Shown: piece by piece, positions 19,787 to 30,500 of the stretch
How positions within the stretch are numbered: the first letter of the stretch is position 1
How the letters are laid out: the number at the start of each line of letters is the position of its first letter
Assembly: GCA_965140415.1 (NCBI GenBank)
Contig: OZ223209.1
Coordinates: 4,352,001-4,416,000 of the forward strand
Source: Myxococcota bacterium
Lineage (GTDB): Bacteria > Myxococcota_A > SURF-8
DNA length: 64,000 bases
Direction of reading: 5' to 3'
Translations under genes and position numbers: made by a program
Notes under the pieces: generated by a model
Seen by the model: only the letters and a program-made list of their open reading frames with translations
Database searches by the model: none
What the model was told of the DNA's origin: nothing

Positions 19787-20492
19787 CCGGCACAACACAT
19801 CGATTGCCCGGTGGTTTCGCTCTTTTACAAATCTACTCGTTATAGCCTTCTGCTTCAGTGGCTGGCTTTTAGCTTGCGGTTCGGATAAAGCCGAACCCGA
19901 ATGCTATGGCAGTGCCGATTGCCAGACCGGACAGATCTGCATCAACGGCGTTTGCAGCGGAAGCAGCACGGGAGACGGTGACAGCGACCAAAGCTGCGAG
20001 GAGGGAGACGCTACCATCTGTACCTGCGCCAATGGCGCTCCCGGCTTGAAAGAATGCCTGGCCAGTGGAAGTTGGGGAAGTTGCGAATGTGAAATTTCCC
20101 TTTCAGACGGCGACGATGAAACCAACCCCTACGTTCCCGATGGCGATGAAGACGACCAGGAAAGCGATTTGCTTTGCGTCCCCTACTCCCTGCGACTTTG
20201 CACCTGCAATTCGGGAGCGTCGGGAACTCAATTCTGCCTGGAAGATGGTCAAAGCTGGGACATCTGCCGCTGCTCGTCTAGCACAGATGGCGACGATGAA
20301 AGCAGCGAACTCGATGCAGAACCGGAAACAGTCTGCCTGCCCGACGAGGTTCGCTGCGATGGCGACCGCTTGATGGGCTGCGTCGATGGCGACTGGCAAC
20401 TCGTTCGCAACTGCGGTTTTGAAGGACTTATTTGTTTGGATAACGCCTGTCAAAACGAAATTGACGGCGACGAAGAAACGGATTCGAAGTAA
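19746..20492 (+). CDS. Small Cys-rich lipoprotein with DGD linkers
   Basis: Lipobox LLAC; two C.C..G..G...C...G..W..C.C modules shared with the upstream protein. Start uncertain. Confidence 0.75.
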   Translation: MSYRRIHNIPYRINRHNTSIARWFRSFTNLLVIAFCFSGWLLACGSDKAEPECYGSADCQTGQICINGVCSGSSTGDGDSDQSCEEGDATICTCANGAPGLKECLASGSWGSCECEISLSDGDDETNPYVPDGDEDDQESDLLCVPYSLRLCTCNSGASGTQFCLEDGQSWDICRCSSSTDGDDESSELDAEPETVCLPDEVRCDGDRLMGCVDGDWQLVRNCGFEGLICLDNACQNEIDGDEETDSK

Positions 20493-20512
20493 AACAACCG
20501 CTTTTACCCGTT

Positions 20513-21214
20513 TTACCCACGTTTACCTTGCAATAACTGCTGAATAATCTCACGCGCGGATTGAGACTGCGGCGGGGGTTGCATGCGCTCGTTAATCAAG
20601 TCGGCCACGGTTTGGGCGGTCCAATCGGGAGAGACTTCGTGCTTAGCTGACGTCTCTTCATCGCTCTGTTGACCGCCTTCTTTTTGCCCACTCGAAGCGG
20701 ACGAATCGGAAGCATCTTCTGATTTTAAAGAATTGTCAGCATTCGGACTCTGTGCGCGTTCGCGTTCGTACGCATCATAGGCCTCGGCCAGCAAGTCGCC
20801 TTTTTCCACCAGCCGCTGGGCAGTACCGGCCTTGTCGTCCACCAACTCGTCGAATTCCTCCAGCAACTCGCCGATATCGCCGTTGTCACCGTTGTCACCA
20901 TTCTCTTCCAGGCTTTCATCGTCCGCCTGTACCACGACTTCCGGCTGCGGCTCTTGTTGCTCATCGAACTCACCGGAGGTAAGCTGATGCACCATTTTCC
21001 GGTGCGAACGCCGCATGATCGCAATGACTTTTTTTTCCAGCTTGTCGGGCTCCAGCTCCAAGTGCTCGTTATACTTGGTTTTTACAGACGCCAGTATCGT
21101 GCCATCCAAAAACAGATGTGAAATCACATGACCGTATTTCGGTCCGGAATCCTCCGTTTGGATATGGTAGATTTTTTCGTTTCTTTTGATATTGCTGTTG
21201 AGACCCGGAATCAT
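20513..21214 (-). CDS. Conserved hypothetical protein (N-terminal G.N.NI..YHIQTEDSG domain, acidic tail)
   Basis: N-terminal ~85 aa resemble an uncharacterised domain I associate with deltaproteobacteria/Myxococcota; RBS GAGG. Confidence 0.75.
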   Translation of the reverse strand: MIPGLNSNIKRNEKIYHIQTEDSGPKYGHVISHLFLDGTILASVKTKYNEHLELEPDKLEKKVIAIMRRSHRKMVHQLTSGEFDEQQEPQPEVVVQADDESLEENGDNGDNGDIGELLEEFDELVDDKAGTAQRLVEKGDLLAEAYDAYERERAQSPNADNSLKSEDASDSSASSGQKEGGQQSDEETSAKHEVSPDWTAQTVADLINERMQPPPQSQSAREIIQQLLQGKRG

Positions 21215-21394
21215 GTGCGCCCTCGGAAGAGAGAAGAATACCTTAATACGAACATCCGCTATTCTTCGGTATACTTGGATGCGGGAAAGCCGTCAATCGT
21301 TTCTTTTAATCGTTTCAGTATCCGAACAATCGAAACGATGCGGGAAACTCCCCCAAATTCGTTCTCTGTCATCGAATCGGGGAGACAAGCACAC

Positions 21395-23623
21395 CTAACG
21401 CCGTTTGTGCCAACGCCGGGATCGACTTCCAAGCCAACCACCTTTTTGCTGTTGCATCAATTCTCTAAGCTTCGTGGCGGCTCGCTCCTGGCTGATTTTC
21501 CCACTCAGCAAATCATTCGTGATGTTATCCGCCTGCACGGTTCGCCAGATGCTGGCCACGAAATCGAATAACATCTCGATTTGTCGCGCACCCCATAGCG
21601 CCGGAGACAAAGCCCGGTGCTCGTGTAAGCCTTTGGCCGCTTCCGAGTACACCCCATTCAAGCGATCATACAATTTTCGCAGAGCGGGCCGCAAAGGCTC
21701 CCAGGCGGCGCTGGTCTGATCCAGCAGACTTTCGATCTTCATCAGTGCGGCGTGGCTGTCCATCACACCATAGTCCTCAAACGACATCAACTGGATGATC
21801 GCATCCTGCCAGTCATCCGGATTCTCGGTATCAAAACGCCCCAGTTGGGTCAACACACGATCGTATGCCTGCCAACGATACACAATCTCCAGACCCGGTC
21901 CTTTGATGTTCTGCATTCCCATGATTTTAGCATGATAGCCCGGCGGCACCTGACCCGCGATAAAGTGAATCAGCGGATCGCCCTTGATGGCGGAATCTCT
22001 TAGAACGACGACACTGCGTAAAACCTGCTCGACAAGGCGCTTACGATACTGGCGATTCAACTGTTCGATAGCGCCATTGGAAGCGCCTTTCTCTTCGAAT
22101 AGCTGTTGCAAGTCCCTGGCGATTGAATCCATCACCAGATGTCTGGCGGCGGTTTCGGCAAGAAACGGAAGGCTTGCGGAACCGACTGAAAATCGGAATT
22201 CCTTGTCCTGCAACAAAATGGACTCTACTTCCTGTAGCGAATGCCCCTTGATCTTTCTATGCTGCGCTTCACACCAGTTTTCCCACTGCTCTTCGCTCCA
22301 CTTACCGATGCGGTCGCTTTCGGGTAGTTGCTCAAACATCATCCGAATCGCAGTCAGAGCATCGGAATCCAGCCGCATGGCCGTGCATATCATTTCCAAA
22401 CGTTTTTCAGCCCGTGGCCGTTCCCGCTCGGGATCGTTCTTGAATTCCGTAATGTCAATGAGCGCCCACTTTCCGTAGCGCAGTTTCAACTCGTTATTGA
22501 TAAACCCACGCATACCGCGAACGTTCGATCCGACCACGATGTAACGATGGGCGAACACATCTTCAACGAGAATGCGGGCAAACACCTGAGACCGGCTGAT
22601 GCGATCGGCACGGTTATTGATCAAAGCCACCGCCCAACGATTTAGATCCCCTTCCTGCCCAATGCGTTCGAAACCGGTTCGTCTCCAATTGTTCATGAAA
22701 CCGGCGCGTTCGTTGGCCGACATGCCATTAACGAACTGCAACCAGCGCCCGGAAACTTCGGCCTGCGGAAATACGCGCAGCACTCCTATTTCCGGCACGA
22801 CCCGTTCGGTCATTTCCACCAGTGCCTGCTCGCGATCGATTCCCAACTCCTCCGCCAATCTCAACACCAATGCCACGTTGGCGGGATGTTCCTCGTAAGG
22901 AAAGCGCTGCATCATCATGCGTGGCACCAATAAAGGATCGCGTTCATTGACCACCATCAACTCGCTATCCATACGCCGCGCCTCTTCCTTTAACAACGGA
23001 AGCATCTGCACTTCGGTCGTCAGCACTTTTCCCTTTTTCGGAATGAAGTGCGAGATCACCTGGGCGACATCGAAACCGCTTGGACCTTGAATATCCTCGT
23101 GGTCGGGATAGGCATTGGTGATGGTGGTGTAATCATCGCGCATCCACTGGCGCTGGAGAATTTCGACATAACGTTGGTTTAATGCCATGCACTCCCACAA
23201 AAACACCTGGGAATTGCTCTTTGCCGCCAAAGACAACAGCTTTTCCTGTTCCCAAATGGAAGCCTTGTCGTAAGGTCGGAAGATGTAAAGCTCCAAAGGA
23301 TCGCGTCCGGGCAGCGAACGAATGAACATGGCCGAGGAACCGGTGGTCTTGGCGACTACATGGCTATCCAGACTCGCGAAAAGCGCAGCTTTCAATCGCT
23401 CGGTGCCGCTTTTTCCCCGCGTTCCCCAACCACCGATCACCAATGGTACTTTTGCCCGACTTCTGTAAATCCTCTGAAATGCAAAGGAATGCCGAGCAAG
23501 AAAATAAAGTGCCACGAGTAACGTAAAGACCATCAAGCTGAAAATAAGATTACCGGTGGGCGACAGGAAGTAACTCAAATAGGGACGAATGGCCAGTTCC
23601 AAGCTGGTGTATAGATCTTTCAC
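21395..23623 (-). CDS. pgsB: Poly-gamma-glutamate synthase PgsB/CapB-like Mur-family ligase (enlarged)
   Basis: N-terminal TM; GTRGKS P-loop, AKTTG, WECMAL, TITNAYPDHEDIQG, FVNGMSANE, NNRADRISRS, GMQNIKGPG match CapB motifs in order; GTG start with GGAGGA RBS. Confidence 0.85.
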   Translation of the reverse strand: MKDLYTSLELAIRPYLSYFLSPTGNLIFSLMVFTLLVALYFLARHSFAFQRIYRSRAKVPLVIGGWGTRGKSGTERLKAALFASLDSHVVAKTTGSSAMFIRSLPGRDPLELYIFRPYDKASIWEQEKLLSLAAKSNSQVFLWECMALNQRYVEILQRQWMRDDYTTITNAYPDHEDIQGPSGFDVAQVISHFIPKKGKVLTTEVQMLPLLKEEARRMDSELMVVNERDPLLVPRMMMQRFPYEEHPANVALVLRLAEELGIDREQALVEMTERVVPEIGVLRVFPQAEVSGRWLQFVNGMSANERAGFMNNWRRTGFERIGQEGDLNRWAVALINNRADRISRSQVFARILVEDVFAHRYIVVGSNVRGMRGFINNELKLRYGKWALIDITEFKNDPERERPRAEKRLEMICTAMRLDSDALTAIRMMFEQLPESDRIGKWSEEQWENWCEAQHRKIKGHSLQEVESILLQDKEFRFSVGSASLPFLAETAARHLVMDSIARDLQQLFEEKGASNGAIEQLNRQYRKRLVEQVLRSVVVLRDSAIKGDPLIHFIAGQVPPGYHAKIMGMQNIKGPGLEIVYRWQAYDRVLTQLGRFDTENPDDWQDAIIQLMSFEDYGVMDSHAALMKIESLLDQTSAAWEPLRPALRKLYDRLNGVYSEAAKGLHEHRALSPALWGARQIEMLFDFVASIWRTVQADNITNDLLSGKISQERAATKLRELMQQQKGGWLGSRSRRWHKRR

Positions 23624-25689
23624 GATTGTTCCTCCAGTTCAAAGAACGAGCGAACATCAGGCAGATCCAAATCGACCTCGACTCCAAACAACTCGTAACG
23701 ATAGGGTTCAAATGAAATGCTGAAACCGAGCCGACTGCGTAGCGCCTCGATATAATCGATTCGCTTGGGTCGTTCAAGCTGCTGCATGGCATCATAGCGT
23801 TTGCGATTATACCATTCGTAATCAAAGTTCAATCGCTGCCTGGCGCGCAAACGCGAAAAGACTCCCTTGGGTTGTTGCACCTTTGTAATGCCGCAAGAAC
23901 TATAAAGGGAAACCTCCTTGGAGGCTTCGAGGCAATCGTCTGGTAACGGCAGATAGCGCCCCCATCCTCCCATTCGTTCCACCAATACGCGCTCGCCGGG
24001 AATGGTGGTCGGGTTGACTTCCGCCAGCCGTTCCGGGTGAGCCCGATGCGCAAAGCCATAAACCCGTCCGCGCGTATGCACGGTGTCGGAACGCATGTTG
24101 GGTCGCAGATGGCGAAACTCGTGCAATAATCTCCAAAGTTTGCGCCGAAAGCGCTCGCCTCGCTGCACTTTCAGCTTCCCATTTTTCACCGTGGCATACA
24201 AACCGGCGTCTGTTCTGGTCAAGCTGGCCATGATCCGCACCGCCTCGACGGCAGAGACTCCCTCTGGCAGCGCAACTTGAAATCGCTTTCCCCAATCCGT
24301 CTTTTCAGCCAAAGAGAATATCCGGTCCCGCAAATCTGTAAGAACGGGATCGATCCCGATTCGAATTTCTTCCAGTAACCCGGCAATCCGTTCCGTCTCT
24401 CCCGCTTCCTCACGAGCAACCAGGCGTTTGACCAAAGCCTGAACGAGTTTTACTTTTACCGCCTCGCTGTTTTCACCCTCCAAATCAAGAACCAGCCGCG
24501 CACATTCCTGCTGTGCAATCATGCGCACGACATCATTGGTGTCGCGACTCGCCCACCATCCCAAATAAGCAACCGCTTCATTCGCCTGACTATCGCCGGC
24601 GTTGATTTGGCGCAACAGGCGAGAAATCGTCTCTGCCAGGCGCGCGCGAATCGTGTACACCGAATCCGTCCTGGCGTTTTCCGCCTCGGCGATTTGCAGC
24701 AAGATTTCCAACCCGCCAATCGCCGTAAGCCGATCGCAGGCTTCAACACAAGCCAGTCTGGTATATTCGCTCGCATCGGGACGATCGGCCAACTCGGTCA
24801 ATTCCTTCAAGACCTGCTTTATCGGAACATCCGAATCCGCTAATGCGTGCACCGCATGGGCGCGCAGCAGGTAGCGGTCTCCCGATTCATCACCATCGCG
24901 CAATATGGGTAGCAGGTGCGTAAGAACGGCCTCTGTCCCCAGTCTTCCCATCAGATCGACCAGAGCAACTCGCACCCAGCGATCTTCTTCGACATTATTC
25001 AATAGCGACAGCAGCTCCTCGCCGTGTCGACTGTATATGCGCTGCTGCAACTCCGGCAACAGGTCAAGTATGGCCAGTATCACTCTCACCGCCGCCCTGC
25101 GAGCCTGTGCCTGACCTTCCCTGTTCAGGTAGTCGATCAGCGATGCGATGGTATTCTGGGCCAGTTCGCTGCCTGAAGGCGAATGAAGCGAATCGACATT
25201 CGCATCGATGGGCCGATATAAGCCTTCCAAAGCTTCCAGCGCCACGATCTGGCGCACCCACAAGGCCCAGCGTCCGATGGTCAGGCGTTCTTCCATCGCT
25301 TCCCAGTCTTCACTGGGAGCACTTTTCTTCCACTTGTCTCCCCACTCCGGCCACAGGTCCGGGCGCTTTCGAATCGTGTCTTCCAGAATGCTGCGACGTT
25401 CTTCTTCATCGGTCGCACGATAATACAACCCACGCCAGCGACGGATATTCTCGTATAATTCCTCTTCTGCCCCATGCCACTGCACCAGCAGACGAAGCAG
25501 CGTCACGTGCAACGCCCGTGCGACCTCCTGCGGTTCCTTTTTGCGCACACCCGCAGGAATCGACAACGTCACGGAAAGATCCTGCGCAACCTGTTCCACC
25601 GCCTCCGGGTTCAAACGCGCAGTGATGGGCCGAATCAGGCGGACCAGTTCCACACTCCAATCGATTTTGCCTCGTGCTTCGGCTACCAT
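23620..25689 (-). CDS. HEAT/ARM-repeat protein
   Basis: Helical repeats (ARRAAVR, WVRVALV, LLRAHAV, YTRLAC, VVRMIA); overlaps both neighbours. Confidence 0.75.
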   Translation of the reverse strand: MVAEARGKIDWSVELVRLIRPITARLNPEAVEQVAQDLSVTLSIPAGVRKKEPQEVARALHVTLLRLLVQWHGAEEELYENIRRWRGLYYRATDEEERRSILEDTIRKRPDLWPEWGDKWKKSAPSEDWEAMEERLTIGRWALWVRQIVALEALEGLYRPIDANVDSLHSPSGSELAQNTIASLIDYLNREGQAQARRAAVRVILAILDLLPELQQRIYSRHGEELLSLLNNVEEDRWVRVALVDLMGRLGTEAVLTHLLPILRDGDESGDRYLLRAHAVHALADSDVPIKQVLKELTELADRPDASEYTRLACVEACDRLTAIGGLEILLQIAEAENARTDSVYTIRARLAETISRLLRQINAGDSQANEAVAYLGWWASRDTNDVVRMIAQQECARLVLDLEGENSEAVKVKLVQALVKRLVAREEAGETERIAGLLEEIRIGIDPVLTDLRDRIFSLAEKTDWGKRFQVALPEGVSAVEAVRIMASLTRTDAGLYATVKNGKLKVQRGERFRRKLWRLLHEFRHLRPNMRSDTVHTRGRVYGFAHRAHPERLAEVNPTTIPGERVLVERMGGWGRYLPLPDDCLEASKEVSLYSSCGITKVQQPKGVFSRLRARQRLNFDYEWYNRKRYDAMQQLERPKRIDYIEALRSRLGFSISFEPYRYELFGVEVDLDLPDVRSFFELEEQS

Positions 25690-28600
25690 TCACTCACCCA
25701 TTCTCGATGCGGATCGATTTGCCAGGCTGCGAAATCTTCGCCCGGCAAGGAGTCGCGCAGGCCCCTGTCCGTTGAAAATGCAAAACCAAGACCGGCAAAA
25801 AATCCGTGCTGGAGGCGATCCGGGTAGAAGTCGTACGAAATCTCCGGGGCAACACGCAACCAGCTAAGCGGCCAGAAATTGTATCGTCCTTCCAGATGCA
25901 CCTGATGCCGGTACAACCAGCCATCCCGATCGGCGTCGTCTGCAAGCGGTTGGAACCCATAATAGATCTCGCCCTGGAATCTGCCGAAAGCGATCTGATC
26001 GCCAATTCGCAACGCGAACCGGTCAGGCGAGTAGAAATCGTCGTTGGTGATGTAGCGCATGGACATAAACAGGCTGTTGTTAATCCAAGGCTGCCATGCC
26101 ATACGCAACCCGGCAAACAATCCGTAAGGATGATCCTTTCCATAGGGAGAGTAGACGTCCTCATCCATGTAATCCGGCACTTTGCGTAAGGTCCAGTCGT
26201 TCAAGCCCTGCCACTTCCAGAACGCACCGATTTCCGGTGTTAAAGAGAAACTGGAATTCGGCTCGAATCTGCGCCCGATACTGCCACTGAGCCGATTACC
26301 GCCAGCCAATCCCGTTTGAGTGTCCTGAACGGCGAACCGATTGGACAAGCTTATCCGCAATTCCGGTCCAGGAGTGATCCAGTATAGCTTTCCTTCAAGC
26401 AGGCTGGTCGGAGCCTCGTCTAACCGGAAGCGGCCCTCCGCCGCCATCGCCAGCCACAGATCCGCCCCTTCGACCCGACGTTTATACCCGAGCCGCGTGG
26501 ACAAATAGTGGTCGACCTCTTTAATCGGGCCGGTTTCATCGCGCAGTTCTCTACGTACACCCACTAAAAACGACAGCGTCCCCATACCGCTGTCATAGGA
26601 CACCGGATAGTCTTCCATCAAACGTAATGGAGTGGTAGTGGAAACCGGCATTGAGGCGGTGGCGGTTTCCGTTTTCTTGGACTTCCGCCGATCTTCCAAA
26701 CGAACTCCCTCGCCGCGATCCGCTTCCCGGGTATACAGTCGCAGTAACGCCGTAGACTGATTGGTCGGCCCAATCACGATGTGATAGTTTTCCGCATCTT
26801 CCAACCATAGTTGACGGCTGCCATCGGACATGATCTGGAACGGCTCTACCGAATTTCCGTTCGTCCGAACCTGCACATCCACGGCAGAAGCGACGCCCGA
26901 TCTTTCAAAGGAATCGACACGCAGAATCGTCGGACCCAACAAATGGAAACTCACCGGGCGCGCCGCGCTTGCACGCACTAACGATGTCTGCACGACCGGC
27001 AATAACCAGTACACATCGCCATCTTGTTGCGTCGGAATCCCTGCGACCTGCCGATCCACACCGAAACGAACGGTCGTTGCCGGAGTGTACAGATGCGAAG
27101 CAGGCCAGTGGTACAACTCAAGAATGTAATCCCCCGCTGTGGCCAAAGGTCTTTTCAACCTGCGCACTTCGCCTCGTTTAAGGTCCACGGTTTCAACGGA
27201 GACGCCATTCAACAACATCTCTATACGACAGGCTACAGGCGCATCGTGTACGGGCGGCGAAAACTGATAGCAACCGACCTCCATTACGGCGTTGGCGGAC
27301 CCATCCACCGGAAGATGCACGGAGATCGAAGAACCGGGTAACAGCATTTCCGCTGCGCCAACCTCTTCTTTCATACCCAATATCGCTTTCAGTAACGCCA
27401 GGTAGTTTTCATGCGCCTGGGGCAACAGGCGGGCTGCCTCTTCGCTGATGCGTTCCACCCCATCCATGCGCTCCACTCCGGCAAGCGGTTCCCAGTGGGT
27501 CGCCGACCAGAGCAGCGGGAACCACAGCCCCAAAGCGTCCCAATGCGTCTGCTCGTTCCAGCGTGCGGCACGTTGCAACATCGCCCGGAAAGACGATGGA
27601 ACGGGTTCGCCTGCTCCCACTTTTTGTGCGGCTGTTTGTATCCACCACGGTAAACAACCGGTATGCGACACACCTTTGAGCACCAAATCACTACAGGTGA
27701 GCATAGACTGCTCGTTACGCCCCTTTTCTACCTGCTTGACAAAACGTCGCCGCAGTTTCTCGCTCGCCGGACCGTGTCTCTCACCAACATCCACAGTAGC
27801 CGATAACGGAAGCGGTTTCTCGAAAGTAGCCGTACGATTGCAATAGCCGCGATCCAGCCGCTCCCTCAATCCAAGCATGCGCTGCTCGTTTTCCTGAGTT
27901 TTTGACACTTCGGCAGCGGCTCGCATCAGGTCTTCGCGAGCAAATTTCGTGTGCCCCAACCGACACAGGCAATCCGAGCGTTGCAACAACCATTCACCAC
28001 GTTGCTCGTTTTTTTCCGCTGGGAGGGCAGCCAGTTTCTCGCTTAGCGACTGTACCTCTTTCAACCGGCGGAAATAGTCAGACGTGCTTTCCTGCTTCGC
28101 AGTAGCAGTCACCTCCGGTTCGTTAACTCCCTCCAGTGGCCGGGGCATACGCAGCAGCATGCGAACGTGCCAGGCCTGCCGTGCAGCAGGGTCCATCCGC
28201 ACGCGAATGCGCTCGGAGCAATCCCCGGTCTGGAATGAAATGGAAACGGGTTGTGAAACGAAGGCATTGGGGCGGTTTGCCAATGGATAGCGGATACCGC
28301 TCGAACCGGAATTAACCTGTAATTGTACTTCTCTTGCTCCCATGCCCACGGTAAAGGTCACGGCCTCATCGGCGGAAGCAGTCGTGGGCGGGAATGCCTG
28401 GAACAGGGCATAACCACTGTATCCTTCCCTGGGAGCCTCGAAAACTACATCCTCTCCCGGCTTCACTTCCCAGGCCTGCACCAGCTTGGCTCCAGCCACT
28501 TGATCGCTTTGCCGTTCGATCATGCGCACCTGCATCCAGACATCCACGTCGTTGCGAGTCATCACGCGGACGGGCACGGAATCCGCCACCAGCACTCGAT

Positions 28601-30500
28601 GCAATTGAACGGGAGCCGTCGAGGTTAGCCAGACCGGCGTTTCATCGAAACGCAACTGTGCTCGCGCGTCTTTACCGGACGTAATCAGAGTCAAGGATCT
28701 TGCCACATTCGGTGCAAAACGAGAGGAGGTCAGCGTCGGTTGCTCTCCCAAACGCACAAGCGACAATCCTCCCGGCAGCGCATCGCTTTCAGGATATAGG
28801 GAACGCTGCTGGAAAACATACTCGCCGTGGTTGAATTCGTCTGCGGGCGGTTCCAGTTGTTGCCATATCGAATCGAGATACCACAACTCACGTAAAGCAC
28901 TGATCTGCTCCGTGCTTGCTTCTCCCTTTCGTAACGACGGCTCCAGTTGCCAGCCGGGATAGTAATAGCTGAACTGCGTGAAAACATGCTCCACCTGCTC
29001 GCGCCGGAACTGTTCCCCGCGTCGATCTTCCCAGGTCATCGATTCATGCGGCACGTCTACATCAAGCAACTGTAACCCTTGCTCCAATTCGGAAACGGTA
29101 AGAATCTCTCCTTCCGCCGAACAGTGATCCAAACGAAACGCGATCAGCTTCAGTATTTCTTCAGAGAATGCGGATTGATTGATCAAATGGCCATAATGCA
29201 GTTGCGCCACGTCGCATTGACCCAGGCGAATCGCCTGTTCGGTCTTTTCGAAGCAGGAGAACGAATCATGATCGTCGGAATAAAGAGCGTTCAGATTCTC
29301 TTCCCCATGCGCGGCATCTTCAATATGGCGTTTGTGCGTGCCGCTCTGAATGGACCACCAGGAGGCACGGCCACTCAACTCAACATGAAATCGGTGTTCG
29401 CCGGGAGGCACAAACACTTTGATCGTATCCCGCTTACCTAAAACGGCTCCCAAAGGCGAACGCAGTAGCGGAGCTTCTATCATCCATTCGTTTTCCGAAT
29501 ACGGTTCCCGATCCGGATACACCGGAATCGCATGTTCGAAAACGGAATCGCCATCTCGACGGACGCTCAATAAGGTTTCTTCTAAAACAGGCGTCGGCTC
29601 CAGCCTTACTTCCGGGCGGTATCGAATTTGCAATACGGCGGGACCGGTTGCGGTAAACTCGAAGGGCCGCTGCCCTCGGCAATATTGCAGTTCCTGATCC
29701 TCATCTTCCAACAGGTCGAAACATTCTTTGCCCGCCAGCTTTGACAGATCCACCACGTCATAGGCCCATTCCATCATTGGACGCTGACGGCTGACCTCCC
29801 AGATCGCCTGCTGTTGCAGAAACAACCGCACTCGTTCCGGTTTTACCTGTTCTGCCAGACCGCTGAAATGCACCCATTCCGATAAAAACCATAAGCGATC
29901 CGCAAGACTGCTCTGCACGGTCAACGGAGAATTTTCAGGGCGACCGGGTCGTAAGGCCGCCCGTTGCGCCCAATCCTTCAAACCTTCCTCGTAGTGCTCC
30001 CACACATAACTCCCAGAAACGGTACTGGCCATCCCGACCTTTAGCGAGGCATCTTTCCTACTGATCTGCCGACACATGATGGCCGGATCGCCCGGCATGC
30101 GCAAAAAGGCATCCGCCTGCAAAGTCTGTCCGTCTTTTTCCGTCGGGTACCAGGCCACGCCCTGCCCGTCCAGGGAAAGCCGGATATAGGGATTCTCATC
30201 CGAGTCGGCAGCCGGGCTGAAAAGCAGGATGTTACTGGAAGTCGATTCGGCACATAAGTAACGACCGGCTTTGGCTTTATAGGGACGCAGCGCTCTAAGC
30301 GCTTTTCCGCTTGCGGGATCGAGTGTTTCATTCAACGTGAATGTACGAACCGGAGCGACGAGCAACGTGGGGTTCTCTGTTTGAGCAGACAACGGCATCG
30401 CACTGCAAAGCAGCAGCCAATTAACTGCAAGACAAATTGTCCACCAAAGTCGTTTCACGTTATACGCCACCTTTGTCCCTAGCGTCCTGCCGATTTCCAA
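25683..30500 (-). CDS. Very large exported protein with TPR-like segment and predicted C-terminal outer-membrane beta-barrel
   Basis: 1605 aa; signal peptide; C-terminal ~300 aa of alternating aromatic/Gly beta-strands; helical TPR-like stretch (GEWLLQRSDCLCRLGHTKFAREDL). Confidence 0.65.
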   Translation of the reverse strand: MEIGRTLGTKVAYNVKRLWWTICLAVNWLLLCSAMPLSAQTENPTLLVAPVRTFTLNETLDPASGKALRALRPYKAKAGRYLCAESTSSNILLFSPAADSDENPYIRLSLDGQGVAWYPTEKDGQTLQADAFLRMPGDPAIMCRQISRKDASLKVGMASTVSGSYVWEHYEEGLKDWAQRAALRPGRPENSPLTVQSSLADRLWFLSEWVHFSGLAEQVKPERVRLFLQQQAIWEVSRQRPMMEWAYDVVDLSKLAGKECFDLLEDEDQELQYCRGQRPFEFTATGPAVLQIRYRPEVRLEPTPVLEETLLSVRRDGDSVFEHAIPVYPDREPYSENEWMIEAPLLRSPLGAVLGKRDTIKVFVPPGEHRFHVELSGRASWWSIQSGTHKRHIEDAAHGEENLNALYSDDHDSFSCFEKTEQAIRLGQCDVAQLHYGHLINQSAFSEEILKLIAFRLDHCSAEGEILTVSELEQGLQLLDVDVPHESMTWEDRRGEQFRREQVEHVFTQFSYYYPGWQLEPSLRKGEASTEQISALRELWYLDSIWQQLEPPADEFNHGEYVFQQRSLYPESDALPGGLSLVRLGEQPTLTSSRFAPNVARSLTLITSGKDARAQLRFDETPVWLTSTAPVQLHRVLVADSVPVRVMTRNDVDVWMQVRMIERQSDQVAGAKLVQAWEVKPGEDVVFEAPREGYSGYALFQAFPPTTASADEAVTFTVGMGAREVQLQVNSGSSGIRYPLANRPNAFVSQPVSISFQTGDCSERIRVRMDPAARQAWHVRMLLRMPRPLEGVNEPEVTATAKQESTSDYFRRLKEVQSLSEKLAALPAEKNEQRGEWLLQRSDCLCRLGHTKFAREDLMRAAAEVSKTQENEQRMLGLRERLDRGYCNRTATFEKPLPLSATVDVGERHGPASEKLRRRFVKQVEKGRNEQSMLTCSDLVLKGVSHTGCLPWWIQTAAQKVGAGEPVPSSFRAMLQRAARWNEQTHWDALGLWFPLLWSATHWEPLAGVERMDGVERISEEAARLLPQAHENYLALLKAILGMKEEVGAAEMLLPGSSISVHLPVDGSANAVMEVGCYQFSPPVHDAPVACRIEMLLNGVSVETVDLKRGEVRRLKRPLATAGDYILELYHWPASHLYTPATTVRFGVDRQVAGIPTQQDGDVYWLLPVVQTSLVRASAARPVSFHLLGPTILRVDSFERSGVASAVDVQVRTNGNSVEPFQIMSDGSRQLWLEDAENYHIVIGPTNQSTALLRLYTREADRGEGVRLEDRRKSKKTETATASMPVSTTTPLRLMEDYPVSYDSGMGTLSFLVGVRRELRDETGPIKEVDHYLSTRLGYKRRVEGADLWLAMAAEGRFRLDEAPTSLLEGKLYWITPGPELRISLSNRFAVQDTQTGLAGGNRLSGSIGRRFEPNSSFSLTPEIGAFWKWQGLNDWTLRKVPDYMDEDVYSPYGKDHPYGLFAGLRMAWQPWINNSLFMSMRYITNDDFYSPDRFALRIGDQIAFGRFQGEIYYGFQPLADDADRDGWLYRHQVHLEGRYNFWPLSWLRVAPEISYDFYPDRLQHGFFAGLGFAFSTDRGLRDSLPGEDFAAWQIDPHREWVSEW

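Noticed and set aside
21395-23623. Peptidoglycan Mur ligase, FolC or cyanophycin synthetase
   Set aside because: Motifs (GTRGKS, ECMAL, NG..AN, NRADR, NI.G) and the adjacent CapC domain point to CapB; no ATP-grasp domain or dcw context.
23600-23640. Frameshifted HEAT-CapB pseudogene
   Set aside because: The GTGA stop/start overlap with a strong GGAGGA RBS looks like translational coupling. Not called a pseudogene, though reads should be checked.
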